A stretch of DNA of 64,000 bases from an uncultured Chloroflexia bacterium (GTDB lineage Bacteria > Chloroflexota > Limnocylindria > Limnocylindrales > CSP1-4), in NCBI GenBank assembly GCA_963814315.1, contig CAWFCG010000001.1:3687-67686 (forward strand), read 5' to 3'. Position numbers and translations under genes: made by a program. This document shows positions 29,476 to 39,220 of this stretch, piece by piece; position 1 is the first letter of the stretch; each line of letters opens with the position of its first letter. The notes under the pieces are model-generated. The model was not told where the DNA came from and did no database searches. It was given only the letters and a program-made list of their open reading frames with translations.

Positions 29476-29946
29476 CTAGCGGATGTTGACGATGGTGTAG
29501 GTGGAGTCTCCGTTGGGGACGCTGACGGTGATGGCCTCACCCTTCTTCTTGCCCAGGAGCGCGCGACCGACAGGCGACTCGTTGGAGATACGACCCTGGT
29601 CGGGCGCGGCCTCGGCAGCCCCCACGATGGTGTACTTCTCCTTGCCCTGGTCGCCGTCGATGGTCACCGTGGAACCGATCTGCACGTAGGTGCGCGAGTG
29701 CTTCTCATCGATGATGACCGCGTTCTTGATGATGGCGGTCAACGACTGGATGCGACCCTCCACGAACGCCTGCTCGTTCTTGGCGTCCTCGTATTCAGCG
29801 TTCTCCGTGACGTCACCGTATTCCTTGGCGTCGTGGATACGCTGCGCGACCTCCGGTCGCGTGACGTTCGTGAGTTCGGTCAGCTCTGCCTTGAGCTTCT
29901 CGAGTCCCTCGGCCGAGAGGTATTCAGGCTTGTTCGCGTTCACCAT
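29476..29946 (-). CDS. greA: Transcription elongation factor GreA
   Basis: MVNANKPEYLSAEGLEKLKAELTELTNVTRPEVAQRIHDAKEYGDVTENAEYEDAKNEQAFVEGRIQSL is a canonical GreA N-terminal coiled coil plus FKBP-like C-terminal domain. Internal ATG chosen as start. Confidence 0.85.
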   Translation of the reverse strand: MVNANKPEYLSAEGLEKLKAELTELTNVTRPEVAQRIHDAKEYGDVTENAEYEDAKNEQAFVEGRIQSLTAIIKNAVIIDEKHSRTYVQIGSTVTIDGDQGKEKYTIVGAAEAAPDQGRISNESPVGRALLGKKKGEAITVSVPNGDSTYTIVNIR

Positions 29947-30133
29947 GGGTCCTCGTGATGCGTCCACCGTCGGGGTCGCGTGGGGCACAGGTCATAGCAG
30001 CTTGTCAGGGTAGGGGCCCGACGGTCAGCCGCTTTCACACCGGCAGAACAGGCGGATCGGCGCCGTTCAGACCCCGTATTCTACACCGTCAGAGCGCCGG
30101 TTGGACCCAGGCTGTCGGACCCAGGCCATCCGG

Positions 30134-31393
30134 TCAGGCGAGCCTACCCACCAGATCCTTTGCCACGCTCCCGTCCTTGATGACCACCTCGACGTTGTCC
30201 GGTTCGGCCAGCAGGCTGATGTCATCAAGCGGCTGGCCCTTGACCAGCACCAGATCGGCCCGCTTGCCGACCTCCACCGTGCCGATCTCCCCATCCAGGC
30301 CGAAGAGCTCAGCGTTGATGCGGGTGGCGCTCATGATGGCCTCGTGCGCACCGAGGACGCGGGCCTTATACATCAACTCCTCCCCGCGGCGACCCTGCCA
30401 GGGGCCGACCACGTCCGAGCCGGAACCGAGCTTGACGCCGGCGTCCCGGGCAATGCCGACGCTTTGATAGGCGCGCGCGGCGATGCTCTGCGCTTTGGCG
30501 AGCTTCTCGGGGGGCAGGTCCATCAGGTCGGGATGACCCAGGAAGAACTCCACCGTCTGGAGCGTGGGCACCATGTAGGCGCCTTCGGCCGCCATGCGCG
30601 CTGCCGTCTCGGGTTCCAGCAGCGAACCGTGCTCGATGGAACGAACACCCGCATCGAGCGCCATCTCCACCGACGGGCTGGTGTGGCAGTGCGCCATGAC
30701 ATAGGTGCCCCAGCCGCGCGCCACCTCGACCGCGGCCGCGATCTCCGCCACCGAGAGCTGCAGCGAATTGAAGGGGTCGGTGGGGCTGATGATGCCGCCT
30801 GAGGCCATCAGCTTGATCTGCGTCGCGCCGCGGCGAAGCTGTTCACGCGCCGCTTTGCGGACTTCATCGGCACCATCAGCCACGACCATGCCCGCCACCA
30901 AGCCGGGGATGGTCTCGCCGGCATGGATAGCCTCATGCCGCTGGCGATCGTCGGCGTGTCCGCCGGTCTGTGAGATGGGCGAAGCGGAGGGCAGGATGCG
31001 CGGACCGCGCAAGGCACCCGACGCCACCGCGTCGGCCCAGGTCGGCTCCAGGCCCCCGGCATCGCGCACGGTGGTGAAGCCCTCCTGCAGCGCCGCTTCG
31101 ATGAACCGCGAGACCGCCAGCACGTGCATGATCAGGGCGTCGCTGCCGTGATCGCCCTTCTGGCCGATGAGGCCGAAATGCACATGCGCGTCGGTCAGGC
31201 CGGGCAGGAGCGTGCAGCCGGCGCCGTCGATGGTGGCCACGTCCGCGGTCGCGCGCAGGGAGCCAAGGCGGCCGATGGCCTTGATGCGGCCGTCCTCGAT
31301 GAGGAGATCGTGGCGGCCATCTGGCTCGGCGCCCGTGGCATCGATGATGGCGACGTCACCGATGACGATGCGCTGGAGGTGTGGATCGTGCAT
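30134..31393 (-). CDS. Amidohydrolase-family metal-dependent hydrolase
   Basis: TIM-barrel amidohydrolase signatures (HVHFGL; later H/D metal ligands). 419 aa. Confidence 0.65.
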   Translation of the reverse strand: MHDPHLQRIVIGDVAIIDATGAEPDGRHDLLIEDGRIKAIGRLGSLRATADVATIDGAGCTLLPGLTDAHVHFGLIGQKGDHGSDALIMHVLAVSRFIEAALQEGFTTVRDAGGLEPTWADAVASGALRGPRILPSASPISQTGGHADDRQRHEAIHAGETIPGLVAGMVVADGADEVRKAAREQLRRGATQIKLMASGGIISPTDPFNSLQLSVAEIAAAVEVARGWGTYVMAHCHTSPSVEMALDAGVRSIEHGSLLEPETAARMAAEGAYMVPTLQTVEFFLGHPDLMDLPPEKLAKAQSIAARAYQSVGIARDAGVKLGSGSDVVGPWQGRRGEELMYKARVLGAHEAIMSATRINAELFGLDGEIGTVEVGKRADLVLVKGQPLDDISLLAEPDNVEVVIKDGSVAKDLVGRLA

Positions 31394-31716
31394 CAGTCTG
31401 TGTGGAATACCTCTTCGATGTCATGCCACCACTCGCCCTCGGCACGCGTCTGGAGCGGCTGCTGCAGGGGCATCATCTGATCCCACCAACGCTGGGTCTC
31501 GGGATCTGCCGCCATCTTGTCCATGTCCGCCCCGTAGTCGTCGCCGATGTACTCGAAGTAGGCGAACAGCAGGCCGTCGTGGTGGAAGATCGAGTAGTTG
31601 CGGATGTTGCACGCGTGGATCATCGCCAGCACGCCCGGCCACACCCCCGCGTGTGCCTTGGCGTACTCCTCGAAGTGCTCGGGCTTCAGCCCGATGACCT
31701 GTGCGTAACGTTGCAT
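31393..31716 (-). CDS. L-rhamnose mutarotase family protein (RhaM/YiiL-like)
   Basis: 107 aa. Alignable with E. coli YiiL: conserved HxxYxxxHxxxWP...NYSI...LFA..E motifs and WW pair. Confidence 0.65.
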   Translation of the reverse strand: MQRYAQVIGLKPEHFEEYAKAHAGVWPGVLAMIHACNIRNYSIFHHDGLLFAYFEYIGDDYGADMDKMAADPETQRWWDQMMPLQQPLQTRAEGEWWHDIEEVFHTD

Positions 31717-31764
31717 GTGGACCCTCCCCTTCCCTGGCTCCCGAGCAGTCAGCCCGCTGCTCGC

Positions 31765-32247
31765 TCAATGACCCAAGCGTAGTAGTCGCTTGCGCACGCG
31801 TTCGGCGGCGGCTGCATCGACACAAGCGACGAAGAGCGTGTCATCGCCAGCGATGGTGCCGAGCACGTCCTCCCAGTGTGCGCGGTCAAGAGCCGCAGCG
31901 ATGGCGTGTGCCGTGCCGGGCACCGCCCGGATGACCAACATGGTGCCCGAACCACGCACGTCGATGGGCAGATCCAGCAGTAGACCTCGCAGGCGTTGCT
32001 CGCCGCTCTGCTCGATGGCCACCTCCGCCGAGGGCAAGGCATAGACCTGTGCGCCATCGATGCGTACCTTGACCAGTCCCATCTCCGAGATATCACGGCT
32101 AACGGTCGCTTGCGTGACCAGGAAGCCCTTGTCGTGTAGCGCCGCCACCAGCTCACGCTGCGTGCGCGGACGACGGTCATGCACCACGTCTGCGATGGCC
32201 TGCTGCCGAGCCCGCTTGAGCACCTCTGAGGTGCCGCTGTTAGCCAT
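31765..32247 (-). CDS. argR: Arginine repressor
   Basis: N-terminal wHTH (RQQAIADVVHDRRPRTQRELVAALHDKGFLVTQATVSRDI) and C-terminal oligomerisation/arginine-binding domain (GDDTLFV). 160 aa. Confidence 0.8.
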   Translation of the reverse strand: MANSGTSEVLKRARQQAIADVVHDRRPRTQRELVAALHDKGFLVTQATVSRDISEMGLVKVRIDGAQVYALPSAEVAIEQSGEQRLRGLLLDLPIDVRGSGTMLVIRAVPGTAHAIAAALDRAHWEDVLGTIAGDDTLFVACVDAAAAERVRKRLLRLGH

Positions 32248-33070
32248 TCAGCAGGAGCAGCACGAGGAAGACGGCGGCGGCCACCAGTCGGTAGGCGATG
32301 AAGATACCGGTGCTGTGGCTGCGCAGGTAGCGGAGCAGGATCCCGATGGCCAGCCAGCCGGACACGGCCGCGGCGATGACGCCCGCGGCCAACGCCGCGA
32401 CATCGAGGTCGCCGACCTCGCCGGTCACGAAGTGGCGGGCCTTCCAGAGCCCGGCGCCGGCGATGATGGGGATGCCCATGAGGAACGCGAATTGCGCTGC
32501 GGATTCCCGCTCCAGGCCGCGAAACAGGCCGGCCGCCAGGGTGATGCCGGAGCGGCTGATACCGGGGAAGAGCGCCAGTGCCTGGGCTCCACCGATGAGC
32601 GCAGCGTCCGCCCACTCGACGCGATCGAGGTCGCGGTCCCGAGTCCCGAGCCGTTCAGCCAGCCACAGGAGGGCGGCGCCGATGACCAGCGTCAGCGGGA
32701 TGACGATCATCGATTCACGGAAGAACGAATCGATGAAACCCTCGAGGAGCACGCCCATCAGGGCGGCCGGGATGATCGTGAGCAGGAGCACCACGGCCAG
32801 CTTGCGCCTGGGGTCGCCGGCCAGCGATCGCTCGCGCAGCGCGGCCCAACCGGCCGAGATGAGCTCGAGCACATCACGCCAGAAATAGAGCAGCAGCGCC
32901 GCGAGCGTGCCCATGTGCAGCATGACCACGAACTCGGCGCTGTTGATGAAAGCGTCATCCCAACCCAGCACCTCCGGCAGCAGGATGAGATGCGCCGAGG
33001 ATGAGATGGGCAGGAATTCGGTTAGCCCCTGGACCACCCCGATGATGATGGCCTGGACGATCTGATCCAA
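32240..33070 (-). CDS. uppP: Undecaprenyl-diphosphate phosphatase
   Basis: BacA/UppP motif GVVQGLTEFLPISSSAHL; 276 aa multi-TM protein. Confidence 0.85.
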   Translation of the reverse strand: MDQIVQAIIIGVVQGLTEFLPISSSAHLILLPEVLGWDDAFINSAEFVVMLHMGTLAALLLYFWRDVLELISAGWAALRERSLAGDPRRKLAVVLLLTIIPAALMGVLLEGFIDSFFRESMIVIPLTLVIGAALLWLAERLGTRDRDLDRVEWADAALIGGAQALALFPGISRSGITLAAGLFRGLERESAAQFAFLMGIPIIAGAGLWKARHFVTGEVGDLDVAALAAGVIAAAVSGWLAIGILLRYLRSHSTGIFIAYRLVAAAVFLVLLLLNG

Positions 33071-33127
33071 TCGGACCTCCGGTTGACCGGCGAGTCAGCG
33101 CCCGCCGGTCGGAGGTCGGGAGCTGGG

Positions 33128-35344
33128 TTAGCGGATGAAGAGCGGCGCGAAGACCAGGGTCAGCGTGGCAAGCAGCTTCACCAGGACGTGCAGCGAAGGT
33201 CCGGCGGTGTCCTTGAAGGGATCGCCGACGGTGTCGCCGACGACGGCCGCAGCGTGGGCATCGGAACCTTTGCCCAGGACATTGCCGTCGTCATCGGTGA
33301 GGTTACCTGCTTCGATGAATTTCTTGGCGTTGTCCCAGGCGCCGCCGCTGTTGTTGAGATAGGTCGCCAGCAGCACGCCGGAGATGGTCCCGACCATGAG
33401 CAGGCCGGCTACGGCCTCGTAACCCAGGATGATGCCGACCGCCAACGGGGTGGCGATGGCAACCACGCCCGGCGGGATCATCTGGCGCAGGGCCGACTTG
33501 GTGGTGATGTCCACCACGCGGGAGTAGTCCGGCCGCTGGGTGTAGTCCATGATGCCGGGCATCTCACGGAACTGGCGACGCACCTCGACGATGATGTCGC
33601 CGGCCGTGTTGCCCACGGCGCGGATGGCCAGGGCGCTGAAGACGTACACCAGCATGGCCGCGATGAAGGCTGCCACGAAGACTGACACGTTGGCCAGGTT
33701 CACGGTGTCCATCAGGGGCATGCCACGAGCGAAGAGCGCGACGTTGACCTTGTCGATGTAGGCCTGGAACAGCAGGAAGGCGGCAAGGCTGGCGGAAGCG
33801 ATGGCGAAGCCCTTGGTCAGGGCCTTGGTGGTGTTGCCGACCGCATCGAGCTTGTCGGTGATCTCACGCGCGGAGCCTTCGGCCTTGGAGAACTCGGCGA
33901 TGCCACCGGCGTTGTCCGTGATGGGACCGAAGGTGTCCATGGCCAGGATGTAGGCGGTGGTCATGAGCATGCCCATGGTGGCCACGGCGGTGCCGAATAC
34001 GCCACCGACGTTGCGACCATCCTCGGGGTTGACGATGCCGGCCTGGTCGCCCAGCCAGAAGCTGGCGATGAGTGCGATACCGATGACCAGCGCGGTCACG
34101 AAGGTCGTCTCAAAGCCCACTGCGGTACCGGCGATGATGTTGGTCGCGGGGCCGGTCTTGGAGGCCTTGGCGATGTCCTTGACTGGTCGCCACTTGCCGG
34201 CGGTGTAGTACTGCGTGATATAGACGAAGGCGACGCTGGTGGCCAGGCCGACCACGCCGCAGAGGAAGAACCAGACCCAGGTGGGGATGTCGTAGTTGCC
34301 TGTGAAGGTGCCCGTATCGAGCAGCAGGATGCTGACGATCAAGATGCCCACGACCGACAGCAGTGTGGTCGCCCAATAGCCGCGGTTGAGTATCTTCATG
34401 GGGTCTTCGTCCTCGCTGCCGCGGACGAAGTACATGGCCACCATCGTGGCCAGCAGGCCAAAGGCGCGCACCACGAGCGGGAAGAAGATCCACGCTTCAG
34501 GATTGGGCCAGCCGGACGAGACAGCGATGAGGTAGATGGCCGTGCCCAGGATCATGGCACCGATGTTCTCGGCGGCGGTCGACTCGAAGAGGTCGGCACC
34601 GCGGCCGGCGCAGTCACCGACGTTGTCGCCGACCAGGTCGGCGATGACCGCAGCGTTGCGGGGGTCATCCTCAGGGATGCCCTTCTCCACCTTGCCCACG
34701 AGGTCGGCGCCGACGTCCGCCGCCTTGGTGTAGATACCACCGCCCAGCTGGGCGAACAGCGCCACGAACGAGGCACCGAAGCCAAAGCCGACGATGATGA
34801 ACGGCGCGATGGCGTACGAGACCTCCTCGAAGAGGATCTCGTAGACCGTGAAGATGCCCCACACGCCGAGCAGCGAGAGTGCCACCACGAGGAAGCCCGA
34901 GACGGCGCCGCCACGCATGGCGACCTGGACGGCCGCGACGAGGCTGGTGCGGGCGGCAGCCGCGGTGGGAACGTTGGCGCGGACGCTGACCGACATGCCG
35001 ATGATCCCGGCCGCCATCGAGGCGATGGCACCGACCAGGAATGCGATGCCCGTCAGGATACCCAGCTCGAGGCCGAAGATGGGCGTCTCAGCGACCTCCT
35101 CGGTATCGACGAGGGCGATGATGGCCGCGACCACGAACGTGCCTACGATGGCGAGGATGGCGATCGTCGAGTACTGCCGCTTGATGAAGGCATTGGCGCC
35201 CTCAAGGATGGTGCCGCCGACCTCCTGCATCGCTTCTGGTCCCTTGTCGCGCGACAGGACGTCCCGCGCTAACCAGATGGCGAAGATGACGGCGGCTATC
35301 CCGGCTATCGGGATGATCCAGTACACGATGTCAGTCAAGTTCAC
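33128..35344 (-). CDS. hppA: Membrane-bound proton/sodium-translocating pyrophosphatase
   Basis: 738 aa with 15-16 TM helices. Conserved H+-PPase motifs GGIYTKAADVGADLVGKVE and DNVGDCAGRGADLFES. Confidence 0.9.
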   Translation of the reverse strand: MNLTDIVYWIIPIAGIAAVIFAIWLARDVLSRDKGPEAMQEVGGTILEGANAFIKRQYSTIAILAIVGTFVVAAIIALVDTEEVAETPIFGLELGILTGIAFLVGAIASMAAGIIGMSVSVRANVPTAAAARTSLVAAVQVAMRGGAVSGFLVVALSLLGVWGIFTVYEILFEEVSYAIAPFIIVGFGFGASFVALFAQLGGGIYTKAADVGADLVGKVEKGIPEDDPRNAAVIADLVGDNVGDCAGRGADLFESTAAENIGAMILGTAIYLIAVSSGWPNPEAWIFFPLVVRAFGLLATMVAMYFVRGSEDEDPMKILNRGYWATTLLSVVGILIVSILLLDTGTFTGNYDIPTWVWFFLCGVVGLATSVAFVYITQYYTAGKWRPVKDIAKASKTGPATNIIAGTAVGFETTFVTALVIGIALIASFWLGDQAGIVNPEDGRNVGGVFGTAVATMGMLMTTAYILAMDTFGPITDNAGGIAEFSKAEGSAREITDKLDAVGNTTKALTKGFAIASASLAAFLLFQAYIDKVNVALFARGMPLMDTVNLANVSVFVAAFIAAMLVYVFSALAIRAVGNTAGDIIVEVRRQFREMPGIMDYTQRPDYSRVVDITTKSALRQMIPPGVVAIATPLAVGIILGYEAVAGLLMVGTISGVLLATYLNNSGGAWDNAKKFIEAGNLTDDDGNVLGKGSDAHAAAVVGDTVGDPFKDTAGPSLHVLVKLLATLTLVFAPLFIR

Positions 35345-35602
35345 ACCCTTTCCATGAGTACGAGCGATGCACGGTTGCGCTGCACGGATCCCAGCACAGG
35401 AGCCTGTAGGCGCCCATAGGCGCGCAACGGCGCGCTACGAATCGGCACAAGTATGGGTTTCTCCTGGGCTGCGCGACGCGTGCTTACAAGCACGTCGGTC
35501 GATGCCATCGGTCACGATCGAGCAGTCCGAACGGTCCCCGCCGGGGTGGATGGCGGCGGGTGGCGACCCGGCGGGCGGCGAGCGTTCGGGGTCACACGGT
35601 CT

Positions 35603-36057
35603 CTACGACTCGACGATCCAGGCGTCGACATCGCGCCGGTAGTCGAGGAGCTCCGGTTCCTTGAACCAGAGGGCCAGCTCCGTGGCGGCGTTCTCAGGGC
35701 TGTCGGAGGCGTGCACGATGTTCATGCCGGTCTCCAGGGCAAGGTCACCCCGGATCGAGCCGGGCGCAGCCTCGTTGGGACGGGTAGCGCCATTGATGGC
35801 ACGGCAGACCTCGATGGCCTTGGGGCCTTCCACCGCCATTGCCACCAGCGGTCCCGAGGTGATGAACTCGATCAAGCCGGCGAAGAACGGCTTGTCCGAG
35901 TGGACGGCATAGTGGCGCTCGGCAAGAGAGCGATCGGACTGCATGAGCTTGAGACCGGCGATGCGCAGGCCACGTGACTCGTAGCGGTCGATGACGCGGC
36001 CGACGAGCTGGCGCTGGACGCCATCGGGCTTGATCAGGATGAGGGTGCGCTCGCTCA
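35603..36057 (-). CDS. ndk: Nucleoside-diphosphate kinase
   Basis: ERTLILIKPDGVQRQLVG...NIVHASDS (active-site His). GTG start overlapping the stop of the upstream Pro-rich gene (GTGA). Confidence 0.85.
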
Positions 36058-37584
36058 CATGGGCTCCTTCGATGACGGCCCCGCCGAGAGGGCCTGGTGG
36101 GCTTGCTGGTAGGCTGCGGCGGCCTCGATGTCCCGACCGAGCAACCGGTAGGCATCGCCCCGGACCAAGTGGATGGCCGTGAGGTCGCCACTTCCCGGCG
36201 CGGCAGCAGATGCGGCTCGGTCGGCCGCGGACAAGATGATAGGGGCCAGTGCAGGGTCCAGGCGGAGAAGCACAGCCAGGCGTCCTGACGCCGCGGCAGT
36301 GGCGCCCGCGGCGACTTCGCGATCTACCGCCTCGAGCTCCTCGCCCGCGAGTCGGCCACTGACCACCACCGCGCTGGTGCTGGTCGCACCGCCGGGCAGT
36401 CCCAGGCCACCACGGCCGAGCGGAGCGGCGATGATCTGGTCGGCTGTCGCGAAGGTGATCGGCGCCAGCTTCCACGTGTCGCGGGTGGCGGCGGCAACCT
36501 CGCTGCCACCGACGAGCAGGCCCCAGCGGCCGGGGGCAGGGGCGTCGACGTCCATCCAGCCGTCGTTGGCGGGCGTCCAGATGGGGGCGCGCAGTTCCAG
36601 GGCGAAGAGCATGTCGATGGCGTCGCCGATGCGCTCCTGCACAGACCGTGCCACTTCATCCGCGTCGGCAGCAGCACCCGACGCAGCAAGGGCCTCGGCG
36701 ATGATCAGCGCGGCCAGCGGCTCATCCCCTCCGGACGCCTGGTGTGCCCGCGCGGCGTCGGCGGCACCCTCCAGATCGCCGCTGCGCCAACGCGCTTCTG
36801 CGAGATCCGCCATAGCGTCGCGATCGAGCGTGCCGGAACCGGCCATCTGCTCGAGTGTGGCGCGCGCCAGCGTGAGCAACCCGCCACGGAGATGCAACCG
36901 CGCCAACCGTGCATCGGGGGAGCGCCCGACGGCTGCTGATTGATCGTCCGTCGGTCCGGGGACGGGCACATCAGAGGTCGCCGTGGGTATCGCGATGGGC
37001 ACCGAGCCACCCGGGCGAGGACGCGGCGTGGCCGGCACGGGCGGAGATGGTGCTGCCGGTGGCACGGATGGTTGGGGTGGTGGGGCGTAGCTTGGCGCAG
37101 TCCGCGGTGGCGCCAACGGCACGGGGCCAGATGCCAGGGGCGCCATCTGGCGAGGTCCGGGTCGAGGCGGAGGCACGGGGGATCCCGGTGGCGGGGGCAT
37201 GCCGCGCGGTGCGCCCTGGGGACCTGAAGGAGGGTACGGACGTGGACCCTGGAGCGGCCACGCGCCTTGCGGAGGCGGGGGCGAGGGCGAGGGCTGCGGG
37301 GGTTGCGCGTGCAGGGGCTGCGCCTGCGGGGGCGGAGGTTGCGCACGCGGCGGAGGCGAGCCCTGGGGGAGCGGAGTCGGGCCCTGGGGCGGCATCGATG
37401 CCTGCGGGGCTGCTGGCGCCTCTTGGGTTCGGTACGGCTCTGGCCCCGAGGGCGACTCCGGGGGTCCATGCGGCGTGGGGCCCTGGTCGGGCATGGGACC
37501 TTGACTGGGCACCGGACCCTGGTTGGGCGTGGGGCTCTGGATCGGCACCGGACCCTGGCTCGGCGCGCGCCCGTCTTCGCTCAT
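36055..37584 (-). CDS. Proline-rich protein with a C-terminal Ala-rich, possibly TPR-like, helical domain; function unknown
   Basis: About 230 aa of PxxP/QGP low complexity, then ~270 aa of Ala/Leu-rich helices. The start ATG (MSEDG) overlaps the M16 stop (ATGA) and the stop overlaps the ndk start. Confidence 0.5.
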   Translation of the reverse strand: MSEDGRAPSQGPVPIQSPTPNQGPVPSQGPMPDQGPTPHGPPESPSGPEPYRTQEAPAAPQASMPPQGPTPLPQGSPPPRAQPPPPQAQPLHAQPPQPSPSPPPPQGAWPLQGPRPYPPSGPQGAPRGMPPPPGSPVPPPRPGPRQMAPLASGPVPLAPPRTAPSYAPPPQPSVPPAAPSPPVPATPRPRPGGSVPIAIPTATSDVPVPGPTDDQSAAVGRSPDARLARLHLRGGLLTLARATLEQMAGSGTLDRDAMADLAEARWRSGDLEGAADAARAHQASGGDEPLAALIIAEALAASGAAADADEVARSVQERIGDAIDMLFALELRAPIWTPANDGWMDVDAPAPGRWGLLVGGSEVAAATRDTWKLAPITFATADQIIAAPLGRGGLGLPGGATSTSAVVVSGRLAGEELEAVDREVAAGATAAASGRLAVLLRLDPALAPIILSAADRAASAAAPGSGDLTAIHLVRGDAYRLLGRDIEAAAAYQQAHQALSAGPSSKEPM

Positions 37585-38843
37585 GGCAGTCGCAGTGCCG
37601 CTTCGAGGCGACCGGAGTCGAGGTCCGGCCCGATGACGGCCCCACACAGCAGCTGGTCGTGGAACAATCGGCCAGCCAACGCCTGGATGTCGTCCGCCGT
37701 CACGGCTCGCAAGGCCTCGATCACCTCGTCCATCGTCATCACTCGGTCGTGCATCGCCTCCTGGCTACCCAGGAATGATGCCATCGCGCGGGTTTCTTCC
37801 AACCGTAACTCGAGACGTCCCATGGCGTAATTGCGAGCCCGCTCCAATTCGGCCGAGGGGACCGGCTCATCGCGCAGGCGAGATAGCTCCGCGAGAACGC
37901 CGCGCATGGCGGGGAGCACATCGTCGGCATCGACGCCCATGTACACCTGGAGGGTGCCGGTATCGGTGTAGTCGGTCTGGAAGGAGTGGACGTCGTAGGC
38001 CAGGCCATCCTCCTCGCGGATCTTCATGAACAGGCGTGATGATGATCCGTCACCGAGTACGGTGTTCAGCAGATCGAGCGTCCATTGGTCGACATGGTCG
38101 CGCGGTAGACCTGGCAGCCCAAGGCTGACATGGGCCTGCGCCGTGGGCCGATCATCCAGGCGCATCCGCTCGACCGGACCGTGTGGTGCCGGCAGGTACG
38201 GCTGGGCGACGCCGCTGCCACGGCCGAACGAGCGGTCCACAAGCTCGACCGCATCCTGGTGGTCGATATCACCAGCGACTGCTACCACCATATTCGAGGG
38301 CTGGTAGGCGGCGGACCAGAAATCGCGAATGTCGTTGTCGGTCAGCCCGCGTACCGACGCCTCATCGCCGGCGATCTCCCATCCCAGGGGTGCATCGCCG
38401 AAGAAGGCCTCGTCCCAGACATTGAAGATGTACTGGCCGGGATCGTCGCGGTAGGAGCGGATCTCGTCGATGATGATCTCGCGTTCGTGGGCGATGTCGG
38501 CGCTGCGGAGGCGTGGCCGCAGAGTCAGCTCAGCGAGCACGTGAATGCCGAGCTGTGCCTGACGCACCGGCAACCGCACCCAGTAGATGGTGGTCTCACG
38601 GTCCGTGGCCGCGTTGCTGCTGCCGCCGACGCCCTCGATGGCATCGGAGACGTCGCGGGTGGTGGCCAGATCGCGGGTGCCCTTGAAGGTGATGTGCTCC
38701 ATGAAGTGCGCCAGACCCGACTTCTCACGGATCTCGCCACGCGAACCAGCCATGACATAGACAGCCGCCGACAGCGAGCGCATGCCGGGCAGACGAGCGG
38801 AGATGACGCGCGGCCCATCAGGCAGCGCCGTACGTTCGAACAT
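37581..38843 (-). CDS. M16-family (pitrilysin/insulinase-like) zinc metallopeptidase
   Basis: Inverted zincin motif HFMEHITFKGT with a downstream E; 421 aa. Start chosen at MFERTALPDG. Confidence 0.75.
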   Translation of the reverse strand: MFERTALPDGPRVISARLPGMRSLSAAVYVMAGSRGEIREKSGLAHFMEHITFKGTRDLATTRDVSDAIEGVGGSSNAATDRETTIYWVRLPVRQAQLGIHVLAELTLRPRLRSADIAHEREIIIDEIRSYRDDPGQYIFNVWDEAFFGDAPLGWEIAGDEASVRGLTDNDIRDFWSAAYQPSNMVVAVAGDIDHQDAVELVDRSFGRGSGVAQPYLPAPHGPVERMRLDDRPTAQAHVSLGLPGLPRDHVDQWTLDLLNTVLGDGSSSRLFMKIREEDGLAYDVHSFQTDYTDTGTLQVYMGVDADDVLPAMRGVLAELSRLRDEPVPSAELERARNYAMGRLELRLEETRAMASFLGSQEAMHDRVMTMDEVIEALRAVTADDIQALAGRLFHDQLLCGAVIGPDLDSGRLEAALRLP

Positions 38844-39054
38844 CGGGGAGCCATCGTACACGGGCTGCGCGTGCGAGCCTCTGCGAGCCGGCACGATCCC
38901 GCCGGTGCCTGCGTGAGACGGCTTGTGTCCGTCGCTTGGCCCGTGGGGTGGGCGAACACTTGGTACCGGCGCCCGGCCGCCTGGTTGCCTGCGCGCTACC
39001 CGCCCCATGGGTCATCCAGCGGAGCGGGTGGTTGGACCAGGGAGCTTCAACGCG

Positions 39055-39075
39055 ATTTCACCCGTGGGGCGGGTG
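39055..39075. repeat. Perfect palindrome TTCACCCG-tgggg-CGGGTGAA (copy 3 of the dispersed motif); a GGGTGAAAC half-site recurs at 39103..39111
   Basis: Direct read. Confidence 0.65.
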
Positions 39076-39220
39076 AAACGGCAGCTATGCCGTCGGATGA
39101 TGCGCCTGATGGGTGAAACAGCCGGTCCAGCGGGGGGTGATCCTCACATCGGGCGGCGTACTCCGTCGCCTCACCCGCCGGGAGGGTAGCTGGCCCCCGG
39201 CGCCCAGGCGAACTCCCCGG

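Noticed and set aside
27977-29479. 500-aa plus-strand ORF
   Set aside because: It is antisense to class I lysS, whose synthetase motifs are unambiguous. The product is Arg/Ala/Gly low complexity, partly driven by the tandem repeats.
36173-36943. 256-aa plus-strand ORF and other ORFs antisense to the Pro-rich gene
   Set aside because: They are mirror frames of the PxxP repeat region, have no independent support, and the coupled minus-strand frame is preferred.
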